In this document: piece after piece, positions 57,600-64,000 of the stretch
Layout of the letters: the number at the start of each line of letters is the position of its first letter
Numbering within the stretch: position 1 is the first letter of the stretch
Virus record (IMG/VR): IMGVR_UViG_3300041411_000129
Coordinates: 186,001 to 250,000 of that record
Direction: 5' to 3' (one strand)
DNA length: 64,000 bases
Program-made: the position numbers and the translations under genes
Notes under the pieces: generated by a model
What the model was told of the DNA's origin: nothing
The model's database searches: none
Seen by the model: the letters and a program-made list of their open reading frames with translations, nothing else

Positions 57600-57665
57600 C
57601 TGCGTGTTAAGAAACCGCAGCCACACATTACCATTTCGTATAACATCAATCAATGGAGTAACACC

Positions 57666-58055
57666 ATGGCAGAACGTCTCGTAGCAATTGTCCACATGCA
57701 CCAAACCGATTCAGACAAACACATGTTCGACTATAACGGTCGGATGATCCATATTTGCCCACGACCTTACAAAGAGGACTGTGTCCCAGTCGAGGTGGTT
57801 TACGTAAACCTGATTGGAGATCTGGTGATCGAGCGTGGTGATGTCTACATGCACGTCCTGAAACACGGTGATCAGGCCGGCTACTCTAAGGCTATGGCGG
57901 GTCCTTTCCGGATTGGATTCGAAGACCTTAAGAAGCGGTTCTATTTCCACTACCTCAAGAAAGAAGGCATCCATAAATGGCGGTGTCCTACAGACGACAT
58001 CGAACTGGCTTGGGAGCATGCTCAACCAATGCCGTATAAATCACAGTCAAAATAA
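57666..58055 (+). CDS. Hypothetical protein
   Basis: GGAG SD before ATG 57666. Confidence 0.75.
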   Translation: MAERLVAIVHMHQTDSDKHMFDYNGRMIHICPRPYKEDCVPVEVVYVNLIGDLVIERGDVYMHVLKHGDQAGYSKAMAGPFRIGFEDLKKRFYFHYLKKEGIHKWRCPTDDIELAWEHAQPMPYKSQSK

Positions 58056-58116
58056 TTACAGTCATACATTGCGTCAGTACATACACACAACGATATCCAT
58101 TCCGGATACGTTAAAC

Positions 58117-58129
58117 GACCGTGGAGGTC
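58117..58129 (+). promoter_or_regulatory. SD-caging hairpin (copy 7)
   Basis: GACC-GTGGA-GGTC before ATG 58133. Confidence 0.75.
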
Positions 58130-58132
58130 AAC

Positions 58133-58525
58133 ATGTCTGCAATCACTCTCGCTACTATCGAAGCCACCCTGCGCGCAGTACTGACTGCTCCTGAAGGCGA
58201 TCAAGTAATCACCTTCTCTCAAGGTGCTATCGACCAGATGAATGAAATAACTGACATCATCATCACCGCCACAGGCTACGATGAATCCAAGGTGTCTGAA
58301 GACGATCTGATTCTAGCCGCTTCTTTCGCCAGCTATTTCACCAAAGCCGCAGTTAGTGGTGTGGTTGTAGATGGGGTTATTCAGCCAGCCAAGGAAGAAG
58401 AATACCGTGCTGAGCTGGTGAAGGTAAAAGAAGTCTACAGTCAAGGCGCTGGCATGTGCGGCGTAGCTTTACCTGTAGTTCTTCTTTGCAAGCTATTCAA
58501 CGAACTGCCTAGCTTCACCCGTTAA
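58133..58525 (+). CDS. Hypothetical protein, tandem paralog 1
   Basis: ITLATIEATLRAVLTAPEG. Confidence 0.8.
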   Translation: MSAITLATIEATLRAVLTAPEGDQVITFSQGAIDQMNEITDIIITATGYDESKVSEDDLILAASFASYFTKAAVSGVVVDGVIQPAKEEEYRAELVKVKEVYSQGAGMCGVALPVVLLCKLFNELPSFTR

Positions 58526-58535
58526 TCAACCCAAC

Positions 58536-58548
58536 GTCCGTGGAGGAC
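58536..58548 (+). promoter_or_regulatory. SD-caging hairpin (copy 8)
   Basis: GTCC-GTGGA-GGAC before ATG 58555. Confidence 0.75.
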
Positions 58549-58554
58549 CGCAAT

Positions 58555-58947
58555 ATGACTACCGATAACATTACAGTTGAATCCATTGAAGCTCTGCTGC
58601 GCGATGTAATCACTGCGCCTACTGGCGCGCATCTGATCATCATTCCTGAGTCTTCCCTGAAACAACTTCAGGCAGTGAGCGATGCTTTCGTTGAAGCTTC
58701 CAACCTCGATGTTAACAACGTTGGCAAGGACGCTTTACTGGCTGCGAAGTTCGCGGCTGAGATGTACAGCAAAGACCACATCACCGGTGAGATCGTTGCC
58801 GGTGAATTGATCGCTTACGATCAGGAAGCATTGGACAAGAACCTCAAGTCCATTCGTGAACACCCAGACTTCGTCAATGAAGGCTTGGCGCTTACGATCT
58901 ACCTGATCAACAAGATCTTCGCTGAAGTTAAACAATTCCGTCGTTAA
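58555..58947 (+). CDS. Hypothetical protein, tandem paralog 2
   Basis: ITVESIEALLRDVITAPTG. Confidence 0.8.
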   Translation: MTTDNITVESIEALLRDVITAPTGAHLIIIPESSLKQLQAVSDAFVEASNLDVNNVGKDALLAAKFAAEMYSKDHITGEIVAGELIAYDQEALDKNLKSIREHPDFVNEGLALTIYLINKIFAEVKQFRR

Positions 58948-58957
58948 GGAGATTGCG

Positions 58958-59281
58958 ATGCTTGAATGGCTCCATGCACACGGCATAACGATCGTCTGCG
59001 TGCTTAACATCATCGCAGCCTCATCCATAATCTACGGAGTACTTGCCCGAAACTATTGGGCCAATGAAGAATCCCACGAGTACTGGGAAAGGGCTATCAA
59101 GAAGAAGTGTATTCAGATTGATAAGCTCTGTCAAAAGAAGGGGTACAAACTACGTCCAGCTGATGCAGCATTATTAGTCTGGGCTGCTGGACATTCCACT
59201 GTAAGGGAGTATACTCGTAAACAGCTGGAGCCGTATTACATTCAGCTGAATGACGTGCTACAACAGATCGAGAAACACTAG
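58958..59281 (+). CDS. TM-anchored hypothetical protein
   Basis: AAGGAG SD; N-terminal TM. Confidence 0.75.
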   Translation: MLEWLHAHGITIVCVLNIIAASSIIYGVLARNYWANEESHEYWERAIKKKCIQIDKLCQKKGYKLRPADAALLVWAAGHSTVREYTRKQLEPYYIQLNDVLQQIEKH

Positions 59282-59291
59282 ACTACCTATC

Positions 59292-59304
59292 GCCCGAGGA
59301 GGGC
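59292..59304 (+). promoter_or_regulatory. SD-caging hairpin (copy 9)
   Basis: GCCC-GAGGA-GGGC before ATG 59311. Confidence 0.75.
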
Positions 59305-59310
59305 AAATTT

Positions 59311-59757
59311 ATGTTCTGCGCAACCCGTAATGAAGTAGCTGTGACCAAGAAACGCTTCGTCAATCTGACTGAAGATGATTTCAACGTTGGCATGTACACC
59401 ATCGCGACTAAGCTGAACAAGTTCGCCGACTTCGCGATGTTCCAATCTTCGCATGACGAAGATGGCTTGCGGATGACTTTCTTTGTAGAGAATGCCAAAG
59501 GCGAAGAGATCGTTAAAGGGATCTACCGCAAATGGGCTCAGCTGTTGGCTAACACCATGAAGACTGGTGCAGCTAAACGTAAGATGTACGACACGACTCA
59601 GATCGCCGTACGTCAAATACGTCACCCGTATGCGGAAGGTCGAGACATCCCAGTGTGGGTTTGGGAGATCTCTACCAAATACGAACTTCGCACCAACACC
59701 GATGCAGTCTACGATTTACTGAAGACCGCTATCGAATACGTTGAGAAGCATCACTAA
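59311..59757 (+). CDS. Hypothetical protein
   Basis: 148-aa ORF. Confidence 0.8.
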   Translation: MFCATRNEVAVTKKRFVNLTEDDFNVGMYTIATKLNKFADFAMFQSSHDEDGLRMTFFVENAKGEEIVKGIYRKWAQLLANTMKTGAAKRKMYDTTQIAVRQIRHPYAEGRDIPVWVWEISTKYELRTNTDAVYDLLKTAIEYVEKHH

Positions 59758-59812
59758 TCGATTACCGGCGGGGTTTCTCCCCGCCAACACTTTCTTATTT
59801 AGGAGCTACACC

Positions 59813-60514
59813 ATGAACAATATTCAAGATGCTGGTGTTGTACTGGCTGCATTGGCTGAAGCCGGTGGCCGTTATGTTGACGATCACATTGATCGTGAAG
59901 CTACCGTAAAGCACGCTGCAATCTTCCAGCGTGCTAACTCTCGTGACGTATGCGTACCAATCCTCAGCGGGCAGTACTTCTGCCTCAACGGCATGTACAT
60001 CGGCGAAGATTCGAAAGTCCACCTGTCCAAGGAATCTGTTGGCGGCGTGGTTGACGGTCGAACGCTTGGTGTGAAAGAATCGATCGAATACTTCAACAAA
60101 GTTTATCAGCCTTCTCGGTTGATCGACCTGACTGAATTCGAAGCGCGTCCTGCGGCCGCTACCCGATCTGTCTTCAAGAAGCACGAAAGCTTCTACGCTT
60201 ACAACGTCGTCGACACTCACGACGCAGCAGGTACGATCTTCTACCGCAACACTTATTACAACACCATTCGTGAGAAGGATTGTGTTGACTGGCAGATCGC
60301 TCGTGCGGTGCAGCTGAGTCCAACTGACGTGTACGTACGTGAGTACACTGCGGATGGTGCGATCAGTCACTACATCCACATGCCGGTAATGGAGAAGTTG
60401 ATTGAGCACCGCGACTTCTGCAAGAACGCTGGTATTCCGTACGGCGAGATCCACAACGTAGACGCCATCAAAGCAGCTATCGTTGAGTTCTACCAGATCC
60501 GCGCTGGCAAGTAA
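59813..60514 (+). CDS. Hypothetical protein
   Basis: AGGAG SD before ATG 59813. Confidence 0.8.
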   Translation: MNNIQDAGVVLAALAEAGGRYVDDHIDREATVKHAAIFQRANSRDVCVPILSGQYFCLNGMYIGEDSKVHLSKESVGGVVDGRTLGVKESIEYFNKVYQPSRLIDLTEFEARPAAATRSVFKKHESFYAYNVVDTHDAAGTIFYRNTYYNTIREKDCVDWQIARAVQLSPTDVYVREYTADGAISHYIHMPVMEKLIEHRDFCKNAGIPYGEIHNVDAIKAAIVEFYQIRAGK

Positions 60515-60587
60515 GAGGGTGGGGACTTCGGTCCCCATTCTTTTTTTTTGTCGTGATCCGTAATTAATTACTGTGGCGATGTGATAC

Positions 60588-60906
60588 TATGTAGAAACGC
60601 CCTCATTGATTAGTCAATGCACAGTTGATACACCTAGCTCTTTTACAACTTATTAGTCTCCCTCAAGATAGTAAGGACGAACTCATACGTCCAGCTCCCT
60701 CTGATAGACACAAGCATCGCTGGTATAAAGCCCAGCACACCCCTAGCGGTCTTACAGAGTCTGACCGCGTTCCCTTAGAGTTTGGAATAGAACCAGTACA
60801 GTACGGGTCCAATCGCCGCGATTGCTTTAGTACTCGAACAAACGTGCCGGGCCTTTCGGAGCATCCCGTAAGAAATATAAAGCCCGGCCTCGCGCCGGGC
60901 TTTATG
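60588..60906 (+). ncRNA. Candidate TATG-initiated multi-hairpin ncRNA
   Basis: Series of short stems between two terminators; no credible ORF. Confidence 0.4.
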
Positions 60907-60989
60907 CCGCATGTGTAATAAAAGAAAACAGAGTCTTATATTGTACACTTGAATCTATACCGCCCCTAATACCCGCACGGAGCATTAAC

Positions 60990-61787
60990 ATGTCTGCCTA
61001 CCTGTCTCAACAAGATAAAGCTAAAGTCAACATTCTGGAAGGCTACGCTCCTCGCAAGCTTACCAACGTTGAAGTGATCATCAACGAGATTCGTCTATTC
61101 GATTGGACGTATCCTGATAGCGACTGCCCAAAGACCTATAAGGCCGGCGCTGAGCGTAAAGAAGTTCTGCGTAGCGCTATCTCCTACACTCTGGGTGATA
61201 ATCCGTCTCTCGCCACTCTGGCTCGTGCAGCGTTGGAAGGTCAGCAAGCTCGTAACGATCTGTTCGACAAATACCCGTATGTCAAACACTTCGACCTGAT
61301 GAACGCCAAGAGTCATAAAGGTCTACTTGGGTGCCATCTGGCTGGTCACGACACGTATCGAGTCATGGCTTGCATCGACTTCCTTAAAGACCTCTACGAC
61401 ATCGTTGTAGCCCTTCCAGCGAACAAGAGCAACGTGTTCATCTCCACGAATAGAACGCCGATGTACCGTGACCTGAGAGCCATTGCTGTCAACTCCAAGG
61501 TTCCAGCATTGTTCGGTATGGCGATCCCGGCTGCACTTCAGCAACGCGTCTACGACGTCCTGCGTGTAAACACGTATACGCTCGACATCATCCAACAGTT
61601 CGGTCTGCACGGCATTGACCAGATGATGGATTACTACAAGAACCACCCGTCCTCCAAAGAAGCTTTCCGCGTCTTCAATATGTTTGAAGTTGTGGACTGT
61701 CCTTACGTGCGGGATGCGAAGTATCTTCAGGTAATCATGAACGATCGGTACTACTCGTTCTACGTCAAGCGTAATCAGTTCGTGTAA
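60990..61787 (+). CDS. Hypothetical protein
   Basis: GGAG SD. Confidence 0.85.
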   Translation: MSAYLSQQDKAKVNILEGYAPRKLTNVEVIINEIRLFDWTYPDSDCPKTYKAGAERKEVLRSAISYTLGDNPSLATLARAALEGQQARNDLFDKYPYVKHFDLMNAKSHKGLLGCHLAGHDTYRVMACIDFLKDLYDIVVALPANKSNVFISTNRTPMYRDLRAIAVNSKVPALFGMAIPAALQQRVYDVLRVNTYTLDIIQQFGLHGIDQMMDYYKNHPSSKEAFRVFNMFEVVDCPYVRDAKYLQVIMNDRYYSFYVKRNQFV

Positions 61788-61842
61788 CTAGGTGGGAGGC
61801 TTCGGCCTCCCGTCTCCACTTCTTTTTTTTTGAGTAATTTCC

Positions 61843-62214
61843 ATGGATGCGTCTACGACGATTGATGATTTTCTATTAAGAGAAGTCCGACACACTATCC
61901 CCGCTGCACTACTAGGTGTGCTTGGCGATCGAGCTGAACTCATCCGTCTTATTCAGGAACATCTGACTACTGCCAAAGGTACGCTTGGCGATGAGATACG
62001 TCCTTCGATATGGAGGACTGTTAGTCGATACGTCGTCAGTAAAATCAAATTCAACATCTTCGAACTATATCCGAAGCGAGAGAATGACATAACCCTCGAA
62101 CCACGATTACTTGAGTTCTGTTCTGAGTACGATGAAGCCGACGAAAGGGCGGAACTCGTATTGCTTGAAATCAAAGACATTTGTCGTAAGTACGGTTCAA
62201 TTCGGAGATCTTGA
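61843..62214 (+). CDS. Hypothetical protein
   Basis: 123-aa ORF. Confidence 0.65.
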   Translation: MDASTTIDDFLLREVRHTIPAALLGVLGDRAELIRLIQEHLTTAKGTLGDEIRPSIWRTVSRYVVSKIKFNIFELYPKRENDITLEPRLLEFCSEYDEADERAELVLLEIKDICRKYGSIRRS

Positions 62215-62215
62215 A

Positions 62216-62995
62216 ATGATTCAAGTCATGGTTAGCGGTAAAGTTGGCGTTGGCAAGAGCCATGTGTTAGCGGTCATTGAGCGAGCCTTGAATGAGGCTT
62301 ACGGAGAGACCATCCAGATCGTTTGCGAAGATACTGAGGAAGAGCGCCGGTCTATCGGCGAAGACATCCGTGAGTGGCAACAGCCGACGGTTGAGAAGAT
62401 CGTACTGACTCCGTATACGGCTTGGCATCGGGAAGAGATCGTGGATGCCGGTGATGAGCCTGTTCGTGATTACTTCACTGAGTGGACAAGAGGTCGTGAA
62501 GAATCTCCCTTCAAGGCTGGCGCCCTGGCTAGCTTCATCGAAGATAAATATCCTCCGTTCAAACCCCGCTACGAAACATTGAATGGACGGGTAATCAGGA
62601 TTGATGAAGCTCACCCAACTGCTGCTAAAGCGGCGGTTGCTAAATTGGTTGAATCTGCTAACGTACTGCACATCGAAATGTTTATGCCTGGTGATAACCA
62701 TCAGATGATCGGAATGGGTTACCTGAACGATGGCAAGATTGCCGCGCAGTATGCAAACCTTATCAAAGGTATTGTCTTCGATATGGCGTTTGTAGAGCCG
62801 TACTTCGGAGATCAGGAAAAGGTTACTACGTTCCGCAATGTAGAGGTGCAGTCAGCCATGTCCCAAAATAAGGATGGTGCGACTTCAGCATCCATCGGCT
62901 TTAAGGTCGGTAAGATGAATGTCGTCTTGCGGAATAAGCACGATCCTAATCCATTGCAGTTCGGTATTCCTCTTGGAGTTACTGAGGAAGGCTAA
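62216..62995 (+). CDS. Protein with N-terminal P-loop
   Basis: VSGKVGVGKSH. Confidence 0.7.
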   Translation: MIQVMVSGKVGVGKSHVLAVIERALNEAYGETIQIVCEDTEEERRSIGEDIREWQQPTVEKIVLTPYTAWHREEIVDAGDEPVRDYFTEWTRGREESPFKAGALASFIEDKYPPFKPRYETLNGRVIRIDEAHPTAAKAAVAKLVESANVLHIEMFMPGDNHQMIGMGYLNDGKIAAQYANLIKGIVFDMAFVEPYFGDQEKVTTFRNVEVQSAMSQNKDGATSASIGFKVGKMNVVLRNKHDPNPLQFGIPLGVTEEG

Positions 62996-63025
62996 TCCGT
63001 AATTACTTACGGGTGATGGAATCAG

Positions 63026-63218
63026 TATGTGAGAACACCCTTCGGTCATTAAAGTCCTAAGCTTGGTCGCCCAATGTCCTGCGTGGTCGCTGGGTGTTCT
63101 CACTACATTCAATGAGACGTCTTGTACGGTTGCGGTATTTCCTGTGCTTAAACTCTCATTCGCTCGTTGGATGCCTTGCACTCCGTCGGTGGCTTCGGTC
63201 ATCGACGGGGTTATTTTT
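63026..63218 (+). ncRNA. Candidate TATG-initiated structured ncRNA
   Basis: 12-bp GTGAGAACACCC/GGGTGTTCTCAC, 7-bp AATGAGA/TCTCATT, UUCG-capped terminator. Confidence 0.55.
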
Positions 63219-63287
63219 CGTTTTATGTCGTTTGTTGGGGATCGTATGTAGTGAATTGGTTCGCTACGTTTAGCAGGGAACTTCGCC

Positions 63288-63812
63288 ATGAAAGTGAATA
63301 TCGCTATTTCTCCGTTGGCCAACATCTTGGCGGCCATCAACGCGGCTAACACCGCTTCCTCTACCAACATCACCGAAGCCCAGATTACTGCTGCTGCTCC
63401 GGTTGTTGCTGCTGGTACTGGCGGGCGCAATACCACCGTCGAACTGACTGGCGTTGACGGTCAAGGTATCGAAGGTTCTCGTACCTTCGCTTACACCCGT
63501 CAATCTCTGGCTACTGGTGCAGTGGCTTCCACCGCTCCAGCCAGCGTCACCGTTCTGGAAGCAGATGACCAGGCGGCATCTGTCACCAAGGTTGCCACTG
63601 CTCTCGGCCTGCTGGCCAGTGAATTCGATGCCAGTGCTTACACCGCTCCTGTGGATCAAGGCACTCCTGGCACCGTGACCATCACCGCCAAAGCTACCAG
63701 CCTGCTGTACGTTGGCGAACGCGTCGTTCCTCTGAACTTCGCTGACGAAGACGTAGCGTTCGCTACCGTAGCGCCGATCACTGACCTGGATGCTTTCGAA
63801 GCTGAAGCGTAA
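63288..63812 (+). CDS. Probable virion structural protein (Ala/Thr-rich beta domain)
   Basis: Composition; TATG upstream; tandem paralog follows. Confidence 0.6.
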   Translation: MKVNIAISPLANILAAINAANTASSTNITEAQITAAAPVVAAGTGGRNTTVELTGVDGQGIEGSRTFAYTRQSLATGAVASTAPASVTVLEADDQAASVTKVATALGLLASEFDASAYTAPVDQGTPGTVTITAKATSLLYVGERVVPLNFADEDVAFATVAPITDLDAFEAEA

Positions 63813-63822
63813 GTGATGTAAA

Positions 63823-63852
63823 CATAACGCCCGGCTTCGGCCGGGCTTTATG
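63823..63852 (+). terminator. Terminator
   Basis: GCCCGGC-TTCG-GCCGGGC-TTTATG. Confidence 0.8.
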
Positions 63853-63896
63853 CTATGCGAGGGGTGTTTATACTCTTTATTGCTGGAGGAGTCTGT

Positions 63897-64000
63897 ATGC
63901 AAATCAATCTGGGTCTTAGCCCACTATCTAACGTATTGGGTTTGATCAACGCAAAGAATGGATCGAGTATCGTCGAGACACAAGTGACTGTCGATGCGGT
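63897..64000 (+). CDS. 5' end of paralog of 63288 (truncated by window)
   Basis: MQINLGLSPLSNVLGLINAKN vs MKVNIAISPLANILAAINAAN. Confidence 0.75.
   Translation, partial: MQINLGLSPLSNVLGLINAKNGSSIVETQVTVDA

Noticed and set aside
60625-60918. 97-aa ORF
   Set aside because: TTG start without SD, and it reads through a terminator hairpin.

Overview
A gene-dense, mostly plus-strand segment of a large lytic dsDNA phage. It is most likely a phiKZ-like jumbo phage of Pseudomonas; this is inferred from gene content, S-x-E motifs, the spanin pair, a PL7 lyase and promoter-like motifs. It carries nucleotide-metabolism genes (folA, class II nrdJ, tmk, dcd), phosphoesterases, two AAA ATPases, a QueC-like protein, a TAXI receptor, spanins, an extended SNF2 helicase and about 90 hypothetical ORFs. 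The most unusual part is the RNA cluster at 11726-13867. Three canonical tRNAs (Asn, Asp, Tyr) are interleaved with CCA-ending tRNA-like RNAs. In three of these the anticodon loop is replaced by a circularly permuted second tRNA module ('tRNA inside a tRNA'), and structured spacer RNAs with shared boundaries lie between them. A second candidate system is nine covarying hairpins that cage the Shine-Dalgarno sequence, all in transcription units with one promoter subtype. There are also several TATG-initiated structured non-coding RNAs, one exposing anti-SD sequences complementary to those hairpins. All structures were derived by hand pairing; no folding software or database search was run.
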